Shown here piece by piece: positions 6,581 to 15,437 of a stretch of DNA of 15,555 nucleotides; within the stretch, counting starts at the first letter, position 1, and the number at the start of each line of letters is the position of its first letter. This stretch comes from Candidatus Thorarchaeota archaeon. GTDB taxonomy: Archaea > Asgardarchaeota > Thorarchaeia > Thorarchaeales > Thorarchaeaceae. The notes under the pieces are model-generated. The model saw nothing but the letters and a program-made list of their open reading frames with translations, had not been told where the DNA came from and ran no database searches. Location: contig PRDJ01000031.1 in the NCBI GenBank assembly GCA_003345555.1, positions 1-15,555 on the forward strand, read 5' to 3'. Made by a program: the position numbers and the translations under genes.

Positions 6581-8653
6581 TTGAGCCAGTTTGAGATTCG
6601 TGCTAAGGATGGACTTGCTCGTCTTGGCAGGTTCGAGACCAATCACGGAACAGTCACAACGCCCCTCCTGATGCCGGTCGTCCATCCGGGGAAATCAGAG
6701 GTAACACCAAGTCAGCTGGTATCCGAGTTCAAGTTTCAGATGGTCATAACTAACGCATACATCATCAAATCCACAGACCGCTTCAGAGACGCGGCACTTG
6801 ACAAGGGAGTGCATTCACTTCTCAACTTCAGCGGGCCCATCATGACAGACTCCGGGACGTTCCAGATGTACACTCATGGTCTTCCGGAGGGAGAGATTGA
6901 TCCTATGGACATCGTGAGCTTCCAGCGGCAAATTGGTTCGGATGTCGGTACAATCCTTGACACGTTTTCGGACCCCTATGCTACATGGGCTAGAGTTGAG
7001 CAGGATGTACAAGTGTCAACGGAGAGAGCTAGAATATCCATCCCCGTAAAGGGAGACATGCTTCTTGCAGGCACTGTCCAAGGAGGCATATACCCAGATT
7101 TGCGAATCAGAGCAGCTGACGAGATGGCGCCTCTGAATATCGACGTTCATCCTATTGGCGGTCTCGTGCCTCTCATGGAGCAGTATCGCTATGCTGACAT
7201 TGTGAGGGCAACCCTTGCGGCTAAGTCGCACCTTCCGCCTCAACGTCCAGTCCACCTCTTCGGATGCGGTCACCCGATGTTCTTTGCACAGGCGGTTCTC
7301 ATGGGCTGCGACCTCTTCGACTCGGCATCTTATGCCAAATTTGCGGAATCGGGCCGACTGTTGTTTCCCACCGGCACTGTTCACCTGAGCGACCTCCGAG
7401 AGTTGCCATGTGAATGCCCTGCGTGCAACAGCACAACAATCGATGATTTGCAACGCCTAGATAAAGCGGCGCAGTCGCTCATTCTTACGAAGCACAACCT
7501 GTATGTCAGCGCAGCCGAGATCAGGAGAGTGCGACAGGCGATTGCCGACGGCAATCTGTTAGAGCTTGCTGCGTTGCGCGCCCGGAGCCACCCAGCACTC
7601 TATGAGGCCCTGGATATTTTTCTTGAACAAATAGGAAACATAGAATCGTCGGCACCTAGTGCAAACGCAAAGTCGGTTTTCTACACGGGTCCCGAGACAG
7701 CAAGACATCCGCTACTCAGAACCTTCCAGTATAGAATCCTCGAGCGATATCCATTCAGAAGAACGAGGATGCTCGTGATGGTGCCTGACATGGGTGCCAA
7801 ACCATTCTCAGAAACCAATCAGGCAATCGAGAACGAAGTGAAGATGCGTGACCCTGCCGAGATGCTCTTGTTCTATGTCACACCTATAGGAGTGGTCCCG
7901 TGGGAACTGGAGCATGTGTACCCCGCCCAACAAACCATCTTTCCTGCGAGTGTGGATTCTGAGTGCCTGACTGCAGCTGGAGAAAGCCTGACTAGACTGC
8001 TGAGTACAATGGAATTCGATGACTGCATGTGGGTGTCGAGAGAGACACCGACCAATGTGCTGTCGGCGGCGACCGGACTGAGTGATAGAGCGACCAAGGT
8101 GTCAGGGGTTTCTGAGCTATCGCAAATCCTGCCGGCGGCAAGCCACCCGCAGCTCTGGCAGAAGAGAGTGATAGCGGGTGTCTGTGCCTTTCAGTGGGAT
8201 GTAAGAGACATGGACAGCTTCGGGCTCAACGAATTAGGAATAACCCTCTCTTCGTCAACAGGCAAGATACGGCATATCACGCGAAATGGCAAGGTGCTCT
8301 TCACGTTGGTTCCAACCAATGGACTACTGACCCCGACATACGACGGCGGCAGGCTTCTTCTGAAGTCGGGCCTGAAGGACGATTACAAGGTTGTAGTTGA
8401 CGATGATGCCGCTCCGTTTGTAGCGGATGGCAAATCCGTCATGACCAAGTTCGTCAAATGGGCCGGCCCGCATCTGATGGCGGGTGAGGAAGTGCTCGTT
8501 GTTGATTCCAAAGGCGAGTTCTTAGGATCCGGAAAGGCCGTTCTAAATGGCAGAGAAATGATGGCATTTAGGCGGGGTGTCGCTGTCATCATGCGGCACT
8601 CGAAGAAACAGCCGCCGGTTGACTATAAAGAGGATGACCAGGAATCTTTCTGA
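6581..8653 (+). CDS. tgtA: Archaeosine tRNA-guanine(15) transglycosylase with C-terminal PUA domain
   Basis: 690 aa, TTG start with GAGGA upstream. Motifs DGLARLG, TPLLMPV, MTDSGTFQ, HPIGG.VPLME.Y, HLFG.GHPMFFA.AV.MGCDLFDSASY, Zn site CECPAC...H, and a PUA-like C-terminus (GKSVMTKFV..GEEVLVVD..G.AVLNG.EM..F.RGVAV). Confidence 0.95.
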   Translation: MSQFEIRAKDGLARLGRFETNHGTVTTPLLMPVVHPGKSEVTPSQLVSEFKFQMVITNAYIIKSTDRFRDAALDKGVHSLLNFSGPIMTDSGTFQMYTHGLPEGEIDPMDIVSFQRQIGSDVGTILDTFSDPYATWARVEQDVQVSTERARISIPVKGDMLLAGTVQGGIYPDLRIRAADEMAPLNIDVHPIGGLVPLMEQYRYADIVRATLAAKSHLPPQRPVHLFGCGHPMFFAQAVLMGCDLFDSASYAKFAESGRLLFPTGTVHLSDLRELPCECPACNSTTIDDLQRLDKAAQSLILTKHNLYVSAAEIRRVRQAIADGNLLELAALRARSHPALYEALDIFLEQIGNIESSAPSANAKSVFYTGPETARHPLLRTFQYRILERYPFRRTRMLVMVPDMGAKPFSETNQAIENEVKMRDPAEMLLFYVTPIGVVPWELEHVYPAQQTIFPASVDSECLTAAGESLTRLLSTMEFDDCMWVSRETPTNVLSAATGLSDRATKVSGVSELSQILPAASHPQLWQKRVIAGVCAFQWDVRDMDSFGLNELGITLSSSTGKIRHITRNGKVLFTLVPTNGLLTPTYDGGRLLLKSGLKDDYKVVVDDDAAPFVADGKSVMTKFVKWAGPHLMAGEEVLVVDSKGEFLGSGKAVLNGREMMAFRRGVAVIMRHSKKQPPVDYKEDDQESF

Positions 8654-9746
8654 GTGCGTCCACACCTCCCAGTGGCAGCACCATCACGTTTGCTCTGGGT
8701 GCGAACAAACGGATCTTGTCACCCTTACTTGCCGGGGCATCTGGAGGCAGCAAGGAAACTGCATCGATGTCACCTACCTTGAAGTGGATTTCCAAGTTGC
8801 TACCCAGATAGACGACCTCGTTCGCGACGCCCATAATCTCGTTATCTGTTGGATCAGTGCGTTCAGTCTGCAAGTCCTCAGGCCGGACGGCGCATCTTAC
8901 ACGTTCTCCAACCTGAAATGGATAACCCTCCAAGGGACTTCTTCCAGAGACTACTTGTCCGTCTGGCAAACGGGCTTTCATATACTCTCCAAGAGATGTG
9001 ATTTCTGCGTCGATAAATGTGCACTTACCGATGAAGTCTGCAACAAAGATAGTCTGTGGTCTGGCGTAGATTTCTTTCGGCGAGGCATATTGCTGAATGT
9101 ATCCCTTGTCCATGACTGCCACCATGTCAGATATGCTAAGCGCCTCGTTCTGATCATGAGTGACATAGACTGTTGTGATACTTAGCTCCTTCTGAATTCG
9201 CATTATTTCCTCTCGCATCTCGTGTCTGAGCTTGGCATCAAGGTTTGAGAGCGGCTCATCGAGAAGCAAGACATCTGGCTCTATGACTAGAGCTCGGGCG
9301 AGTGCTACCCTCTGCTGCTGGCCTCCACTTAGCTGATGAGGAGTACGATTGGCTAGGCCTTGCATGTGGACAAGGTCAATTACCTTCTCGACCCGGTTTG
9401 CTATTGCGGCAGGCGTGTACTTCATACCATTCATTCGCTTCATTTTTAGGCCGTAAGATATGTTATCAAACACGGTCATGTGAGGCCACAGTGCGTAGTT
9501 CTGGAAGCACATACCTGTCTTCCTCTTGTTAGGCGGAATCTCTGTCACATCTCTGTCATCGAAGAAGATTCGTCCTCTATCAGGAATGTAGAATCCGGCA
9601 ATTAGCCTGAGTAGTGTGGTCTTGCCGCAGCCCGAGGGCCCGAGCAACGTAGTCAGTTTGCCCTCCTCCAGATCCATGTTGACATCGTCTGTGGCTATGA
9701 CATCGCCGAATGTTTTTCTCAAGTTGACTAAGTGAATGGTAACCAT
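8589..9746 (-). CDS. ABC importer ATP-binding subunit (FbpC/AfuC/PotA-like) with C-terminal regulatory (TOBE-like) domain
   Basis: Walker A GPSGCGKT, signature LSGGQQQR, Walker B LLLDE, H-loop THDQ. Start ATG 9746 preferred over 9755 because GGTGA lies just upstream. The 3' end overlaps tgtA. Confidence 0.94.
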   Translation of the reverse strand: MVTIHLVNLRKTFGDVIATDDVNMDLEEGKLTTLLGPSGCGKTTLLRLIAGFYIPDRGRIFFDDRDVTEIPPNKRKTGMCFQNYALWPHMTVFDNISYGLKMKRMNGMKYTPAAIANRVEKVIDLVHMQGLANRTPHQLSGGQQQRVALARALVIEPDVLLLDEPLSNLDAKLRHEMREEIMRIQKELSITTVYVTHDQNEALSISDMVAVMDKGYIQQYASPKEIYARPQTIFVADFIGKCTFIDAEITSLGEYMKARLPDGQVVSGRSPLEGYPFQVGERVRCAVRPEDLQTERTDPTDNEIMGVANEVVYLGSNLEIHFKVGDIDAVSLLPPDAPASKGDKIRLFAPRANVMVLPLGGVDALRKIPGHPLYSQPAAVSSSAA

Positions 9747-9756
9747 GACTATCACC

Positions 9757-11799
9757 CTATATACCGGTCATTGCCGAAGCTCTGGTCTTCAAAATCCTGT
9801 TCGTCACCGTTATCACAACCATCTGCATGCTCATCATCAGTACGCCAAGGGCCGCTGCGGGACCAATCCCATATATCGGGGGAAGGCCGGCTCGTGTCAC
9901 ATTTATCCAATAGGTAAGAGGAGCCTGGTAGTAGTTTGCACCGCCCAGCAACAAGCTTGTACTGACCTCACTCACGCAGTAAACGAATGATAGAAGGGCG
10001 CCTGCGAGAACACTCAGGCCAATCAGAGGGACCACAATTTTCGCAAAAGTGGTATTACGACCTGCCCCGACATTGAGAGACGCCTCTTCCATCACCACAG
10101 GGGTCTGCTGTAGCCCCGCGTATGCAGCTCTTACCGTGAAAGGAAACTTCCTCACTAAGTATGACATCACGATCAGGAACATTGGTGCGTCCCTTGGAAA
10201 GAAAGGAGTGTTGTAGAAGAGTGTGAAATAGCCTGCGGCAATCACAGTGCCGGGAATCGCGATGGGCGAGGTGACAAGCAGGTCAAGTGCAGTGCGCCCG
10301 GGAATCTTCCGTCTCGATATTATGTATGCAGCGGAGACTCCCAAGAGGACAATGCCGATGGTGGCTATCCCTGCATAGCTGAGTGTTCTTGTAAGGGCAC
10401 CCTGAATGTCTGAGTTCATCAGTATAGCGAAATTATCCAATGTCAACGGAGGGAATAATGCACTAGAGCGATACTCGGCAAATGAGAGTAGAATAACACT
10501 CATCTGAGGAATCAGAGCAAAGAACAGCATGGACACTACCAGCAGATAGAGGAGGACTGTTGCTCTCGCACTAAGTCTTCTTGTCCGGGGATTCCATTGA
10601 CCCCCCTTGCTGCCTGATGCGTAGCTCCTCAGAGCAGCATACTTACGGATTGCCAAGAAACCCATGAGAGCGAATGCTAGGAGAATCATTCCGATGGCGG
10701 GGCCAATAGGGCTTATCGAGCCTGATTCAGATGTGATGTTGATGAATACCTGATATGCGAGACAATGCTGGGCCTGCAAATCCTCGCTGAATACAATGGG
10801 AGTTCCCAGGTCTTCGATGCTCAAGATGAATGCCAGTATCGCTCCGGCTTGGATGCCAGGCATCGCGAGTGGAAGCGTAACCGTCCTGAACAACGTGAAG
10901 CCCTTCGCCCCAAGGTTCTCAGCCTGTTCTTCAAGGGATGGGTCTATCGATACAAAAGAGGAATACGCGTTCAAGTATACCAAAGAGAAAAGGGACAAAC
11001 CCTGCACCAGTATTATCGCAGCCAGACCGTGAAACTCAATCCGTGTCCAAGTTAAGCCGAACCATGAAAAGAACGCAGACGCAAGGTTATTCAGAAACCC
11101 GTTCCCGCCCAAGAACCACTTTATCCCAATGGCGCCAACAAATGGTGTTGATAGCATTGGGAACAGAAGCACTGTCCGAAGTATCGTCTTTCCTCGGAAC
11201 TCATATCGGGCAATCAGGTAAGCGAAGAAAGTGCCAAGAGCAACGGCAATACACGTGACAATAGCGGCCACATATAGGGAATTCAAGATGACGCCCATCT
11301 CGATCCCCCATATCTCCACGATTCCACTCGGGCTCGGTCGGATCACCCGAAAGTCAGCCGGAGACCATTGTGGCAGAAAGACCGGGTTTCTCAAAAGAAG
11401 CAGGATTACGAATTCGCCTTCTTGAATCGTGAAGGACCCAACGACGACCTTAAGGAGAGGCGCAATCAGAAACACTCCGAAGACGATTATGATGGCCAGA
11501 AGCTGAATCGAGGATAGTGAGTCCATCTCTCTCCTGAATGTGTGCACACCGGAAATGAACTTGTCAGAAAGAATCCTAGTGTTCTTGGCGGGGCTGCGCA
11601 GAAAGCCAGCTAGACGTACGACGCCCCGCCAAGTCCACTTAACGAATCGAATGATGCGCTGTGCAATGCCTTTGAACAGCCCTATGACTAGGTTGCCCAA
11701 GGATCGGAGGACGGCGACAAAGAGGTTCTCTTGTCTTACCATTTCAGTACCGGGAGATTCCGATTCTGTGGTTTCTGAGACTTCCGCCACATTGTCCAC
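9757..11799 (-). CDS. ABC importer permease with two fused MetI-like halves (FbpB/AfuB/ThiP type)
   Basis: Many hydrophobic helices and two EAA loops (LEEQAENLGA.GFTLFRTVTLPL and MEEASLNVGAGRNTTFAKIVVPL). The start (GTG 11799) is uncertain. Confidence 0.9.
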   Translation of the reverse strand: MDNVAEVSETTESESPGTEMVRQENLFVAVLRSLGNLVIGLFKGIAQRIIRFVKWTWRGVVRLAGFLRSPAKNTRILSDKFISGVHTFRREMDSLSSIQLLAIIIVFGVFLIAPLLKVVVGSFTIQEGEFVILLLLRNPVFLPQWSPADFRVIRPSPSGIVEIWGIEMGVILNSLYVAAIVTCIAVALGTFFAYLIARYEFRGKTILRTVLLFPMLSTPFVGAIGIKWFLGGNGFLNNLASAFFSWFGLTWTRIEFHGLAAIILVQGLSLFSLVYLNAYSSFVSIDPSLEEQAENLGAKGFTLFRTVTLPLAMPGIQAGAILAFILSIEDLGTPIVFSEDLQAQHCLAYQVFINITSESGSISPIGPAIGMILLAFALMGFLAIRKYAALRSYASGSKGGQWNPRTRRLSARATVLLYLLVVSMLFFALIPQMSVILLSFAEYRSSALFPPLTLDNFAILMNSDIQGALTRTLSYAGIATIGIVLLGVSAAYIISRRKIPGRTALDLLVTSPIAIPGTVIAAGYFTLFYNTPFFPRDAPMFLIVMSYLVRKFPFTVRAAYAGLQQTPVVMEEASLNVGAGRNTTFAKIVVPLIGLSVLAGALLSFVYCVSEVSTSLLLGGANYYQAPLTYWINVTRAGLPPIYGIGPAAALGVLMMSMQMVVITVTNRILKTRASAMTGI

Positions 11800-11835
11800 G
11801 TCCGCTTACTTGAGCAGCCCAGTACCTCCTATCGT

Positions 11836-13254
11836 CTAGATCATTGAGAGCAGCTCGGCGAGCACCAGATCATATTGTGCGTTCGCTGCAGCTGTCCACA
11901 GTGTCTTCATGTTGTAGCGGAATATATCGCTCGTGAGGATGTCATTGTTGATCTCCGTTGCGTATTCGATCGTAAACTGATGTTCGATTAGGTCCACCGT
12001 CACATTCACGGGTGTCCCCATTTTTGCGGCCAGCATGTCCAGCTCTGGCAGCGTGATGTTCGTGGCATAGTATGCATCAACCATCGCTTTCCAAGTCGTC
12101 TGGAGCTTATCATGAGCATCGTTGAAGACGGATTCGAAGTAGTATATGAAAGCTGCATTTGTGAGAAGAGACAGTGTGTCGTTGAAATCAATGCCTTGAT
12201 TGGCCAAGGTCTTGTTGAATACCGCGTATAGATCAGGGTGCAATAGTCCTCTTTCAGTCAGAAACGCTTCAGCGAGAACTGGCATCCGGTTGATTCCCGG
12301 GTTAAACCAATAGGCTTGACCCTCGGCTGATAGTATGAAATCTAGGAAACCTTCAGCTAGTGTCAACTTTGGTGTGTCTTTCACAATCGCTATAGGATCT
12401 CCGTTAACAATCGTCTGATTCACTGGGAGTACGTACTCGCAATCTGGGTTGTTCACTTGTGAAGAGAGGCCGTAGTAATCGATTGACATAGCTACACCGA
12501 CTTGCTCGGTCTCCGCTGCCGACTGAGTCTCAACAGAGCCTTGATAGAGCCGGGCACTGCCAGCCATTCGAGCGAGGTTGACCCAGCCATTATTCCAGCC
12601 CATTCCTTGAGTCATTATTTCGTAGATTCTGGTATTCGATGTAGTCGCGGGGGCATTTCCCATGGCGATTGTCGCAGTAGGTAAGATACTGCCCCAAATG
12701 GGGTCTGCCAAGTCCGTCCAGGTCTCTGGCGTTGGTAGGCCGTAATCGGTGAGAAATGCCTTGTTGATAGTAAAGCCGAATGAAGAGATCGCAGCGGCAA
12801 CCCATATCGTCTGGCCTTCAGTGTTATTCCGCTTCATGTCGGCTCCTGCTATCTCATTCGGAACTCTTGCCAGAACGGTAAGCATGTGGGTGCTGTTCAG
12901 GGATTGTAGGTGGCCGTCCCGCTGCATCTGGTCAAACAACGTAGGCCCTCCACCCCAAAGTACATCGACGCCTCCACCATCTATGACCTGTTTCCAATAC
13001 GAACCGGCTTGCGTCTTCCACATAATATCCTTGATATTGTTCTGCTTGGCAAAGTCAGTTGCTAGAAACGCAGTCTCAAAGACGCTTTGAATTGATGTAT
13101 CGTGTCGCGTGAGAATCGTAAGTGTCTGCTCTCCGACCTGAGGGGGAGGCAGGATAATAATGACTACCGCCGCGCCCAAGACAGCTACGATGACGACGAC
13201 AATCACAATCGTCTTGACATTGCGCCCAGCCTGTAATTCTCCTGAGGACACCAT
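11836..13254 (-). CDS. ABC substrate-binding protein, FbpA/AfuA-like type II periplasmic fold, N-terminally membrane anchored
   Basis: N-terminal hydrophobic anchor IVIVVVIVAVLGAAVVIIIL. Motifs DVLWGGG, P.PETW.DL.DP, IVNGDPIAIVK, FLDFILS.EGQ. GGTGA upstream of ATG 13254. First gene of an SBP-permease-ATPase operon. Confidence 0.88.
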   Translation of the reverse strand: MVSSGELQAGRNVKTIVIVVVIVAVLGAAVVIIILPPPQVGEQTLTILTRHDTSIQSVFETAFLATDFAKQNNIKDIMWKTQAGSYWKQVIDGGGVDVLWGGGPTLFDQMQRDGHLQSLNSTHMLTVLARVPNEIAGADMKRNNTEGQTIWVAAAISSFGFTINKAFLTDYGLPTPETWTDLADPIWGSILPTATIAMGNAPATTSNTRIYEIMTQGMGWNNGWVNLARMAGSARLYQGSVETQSAAETEQVGVAMSIDYYGLSSQVNNPDCEYVLPVNQTIVNGDPIAIVKDTPKLTLAEGFLDFILSAEGQAYWFNPGINRMPVLAEAFLTERGLLHPDLYAVFNKTLANQGIDFNDTLSLLTNAAFIYYFESVFNDAHDKLQTTWKAMVDAYYATNITLPELDMLAAKMGTPVNVTVDLIEHQFTIEYATEINNDILTSDIFRYNMKTLWTAAANAQYDLVLAELLSMI

Positions 13255-13569
13255 CAATCACCACTTTCAGATAGACTTCATCCAGAAAAAGAGAGACGAG
13301 CACCATGTCATCTCTTTTACTGGTCCTTCAAACAACAATGGGCCGAGAGGCGATATTAAAGGTTTGTCACTGACGAGGGCGTTCAGATGTCGGAATACAG
13401 GTTGTCCGAAGAGTCGGTAACAAAAAGCCTGTGCAGAACAATGCTATCGTCACGGACCGCCGTTTGTGTTGCCCTTCGCGTCCCTAAAAGTCTAAATAGT
13501 GCACCTGACAGCCCGAAGTCATCCTCTCAATACCTCGCTCTGAGGAGAAGAGGAGGAGATGAATATATA

Positions 13570-14607
13570 GTGAGAGCAGGAAACAACACACGCAGGATTG
13601 GATCAATCCTGATCATCGCCGCTCTGCTTGCACCATCTCTCGCGCTGTTAGGTATTGCCCCTGTTCCAGCTCGTGCCGCGACACAGGTTATTGTCTTTGA
13701 CATGGGCCACGGACAATACAAGGCCGCGGTCTTCACTGCACAAGACGCGTGGCTGGCAGGCAACCTGACCGCGTTGGGATACCAAGTGATATGGGCATGG
13801 GGCGGAATAAACGCTAGCATCCTGTCTAATGCGACAGGACTTGTGCTCGGTAGTCTGTATGGGCCTTCGTACAATTTCAGCACAGCTATGGTTAACGACA
13901 TCACAACATGGTTCAATTCGGGGAAGAAGTTCCTCTGGGTTGCAGGAGACTCGGACAATGCTGGCAATGGCCCAATCGCTAACGCGAGCGTAGTCCTCGA
14001 TGCGGTTGGCTCACACGTCTATGTAGAACCTTGCTCCGTGGAGGACCCGATTTCGAGCGCCGGCTCCGCGTATCGAGTAGTCGCCAACAAGACCAGCACA
14101 AATGCCTACGTTGCCGACCTAGTAGGGAATACTACTAAAGTCTTGATGCATGGCCCGACTACCCTTTATGGCAGCACAACTGGACACAAGGACGGCGGCA
14201 TAGTCAGTCTGGAGAACACGACTATCGCGAACGTCTACCCAGTACTCTACTATGGCGGATCTGCTGTAATAGTCGACCCTGACCTCATTCCTCCTGTTGC
14301 TCATACAGCAGGTCAGACCGGCTCATTCACAGCAATGACTGTCGAGGTCAATGCAGGCAGTGGCCAAAACGGAGTCATCGCTGTATCAGGTGCATCACCG
14401 TATGCTGACTACATGCCAATGACCTGTCAGCTGTACTACAACGTGACCATGAATGGCCAGCTTCTGGTGAGGCAGACTATCGACTGGGGCATGAAACTAG
14501 CCACCTACACTACTGTGACACCAGTCGACTACACCCTATATATCGGCATAGGAGCTGTTGCAGTAGTCGTCGTATTGGCCCTAGCGTTCTTCCTGAGAAA
14601 GAAGTAA
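13570..14607 (+). CDS. Secreted, C-terminally anchored cell-surface glycoprotein; possible DUF4350/GldG-like (class I glutamine-amidotransferase-like) fold
   Basis: Likely start GTG 13570 after GGAGGAG, giving 345 aa (the track start at 13387 adds a non-protein-like 61 aa). Signal peptide VRAGNNTRR-IGSILIIAALLAPSLALLGIAP-VPARA/A. VIVFDMGHGQ motif, 9 N-x-S/T sequons, Thr-rich linker, TM helix and LRKK tail. The fold call is tentative. Confidence 0.75.
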   Translation: MRAGNNTRRIGSILIIAALLAPSLALLGIAPVPARAATQVIVFDMGHGQYKAAVFTAQDAWLAGNLTALGYQVIWAWGGINASILSNATGLVLGSLYGPSYNFSTAMVNDITTWFNSGKKFLWVAGDSDNAGNGPIANASVVLDAVGSHVYVEPCSVEDPISSAGSAYRVVANKTSTNAYVADLVGNTTKVLMHGPTTLYGSTTGHKDGGIVSLENTTIANVYPVLYYGGSAVIVDPDLIPPVAHTAGQTGSFTAMTVEVNAGSGQNGVIAVSGASPYADYMPMTCQLYYNVTMNGQLLVRQTIDWGMKLATYTTVTPVDYTLYIGIGAVAVVVVLALAFFLRKK

Positions 14608-14617
14608 GATTTCAAAT

Positions 14618-14657
14618 GGAGTAGACGGTAATATCCGTCTGCTTCCCTCCTTTTTTT
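14618..14657 (+). terminator. Hairpin plus oligo-T terminator after the surface-protein gene
   Basis: GGAGTAGACGG-TAATAT-CCGTCTGCTTC forms an 11 bp stem with two G-U pairs, 10 nt after the stop. It is followed by CCCTCC-like pyrimidines and T7 at 14651-14657. Confidence 0.7.
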
Positions 14658-14804
14658 CTCTCCTGCGGTTAAGCCAGTAGTGAGAAGCAGAGTTGCTGCA
14701 ACAAGAGCATCTGTGCGACTGTTTTCCTGTAGTCGCCGAGACTTGATAATCTTCATATACGTTATAGACGCATGAAGTAGTGCTTGATTATTGGGGGCAG
14801 ATCC

Positions 14805-15437
14805 GTGTCGGACGAGATGAGACTGGAAGAGAAGGAAAAGAACATTGATACAAGCGTAATCTACTCGTTTGGATCCGCGATAATTGAGTTCGAGGATGTC
14901 ATCTTCCAGAAGTTTCTAGTCATGTCAGGCGTGAATTCTATCACTACCAAAGAGCAGTTCGGGAGAATTCTATCGAGAATGCACTCGAAGGGCTATATCG
15001 CGCCCCTTGAGTTTCTTGGCAGAAAAGCTTGGAGAAGGCTTGTGGTCGAGGACAGATTGGAGGATAGACTTGACCCCATATCTGTTCAGAAGAGATCTGG
15101 GGACATCACAATGCCGTCGAAGCCAGAGAAACTCCAAAGGGAACGTGACGAACGACTCGTGAGCGAGTCGAGACTCATTGCAGAGGATCTCCTGAAAACC
15201 ATGAGAGGAAAGCTACTCGGCGGCCGCGATCTCGATGCGAAAGCAAGGCAGGTGCTAGTGAGACATGCCGCCGAAATGCGTAAGGCACTGACCGATTCCA
15301 GAGAAGAACTCCTCAACTATGTCCGCTCTAATACCCCTTCCATGAGTGAACCCATGCAGAGAATACTCAACTCCAAGGGAGAAGACGTTCTGCTGCTTAG
15401 CCTGCGTCTCATCGAGACGGGATATGCAAGCTCGTGA
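14805..15437 (+). CDS. Hypothetical protein, possible N-terminal winged-helix domain plus helical C-terminal domain
   Basis: Long open frame (track 14784-15437). GTG 14805 after GGGGG is the preferred start and ATG 14817 an alternative. QFGRILSRMHSKGYIAPLEFLGRKAW resembles a wHTH recognition helix and wing. No recognisable family. Confidence 0.55.
   Translation: MSDEMRLEEKEKNIDTSVIYSFGSAIIEFEDVIFQKFLVMSGVNSITTKEQFGRILSRMHSKGYIAPLEFLGRKAWRRLVVEDRLEDRLDPISVQKRSGDITMPSKPEKLQRERDERLVSESRLIAEDLLKTMRGKLLGGRDLDAKARQVLVRHAAEMRKALTDSREELLNYVRSNTPSMSEPMQRILNSKGEDVLLLSLRLIETGYASS

Noticed and set aside
6581-8653. Functional link between tgtA (preQ0 derives from the pterin-related GTP cyclohydrolase route) and the pterin C1 operon
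   Set aside because: The genes are separated by hflX and on opposite strands; only proximity supports a link.
8577-9185. 202 aa plus-strand ORF, the longest unexplained one
   Set aside because: Almost entirely antisense to the ABC ATPase; Cys/Trp-rich composition with no motifs, typical of a shadow frame.
11540-11839. 99 aa ORF MCTPEM... labelled minus in the track
   Set aside because: The peptide actually reads on the plus strand (GTG TGC ACA at 11540), so the label looks wrong. It is antisense to the permease start and not supported as a gene.
13366-13374. GTCA-C-TGAC palindrome in the divergent ABC promoter region as a metal-regulator operator
   Set aside because: Only 4 bp arms, expected by chance, and no second copy noticed.
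13387-13569. 61 aa N-terminal extension of the surface protein
   Set aside because: Would bury the signal peptide. The region contains promoter-like AT tracts, and the RBS lies just before GTG 13570.
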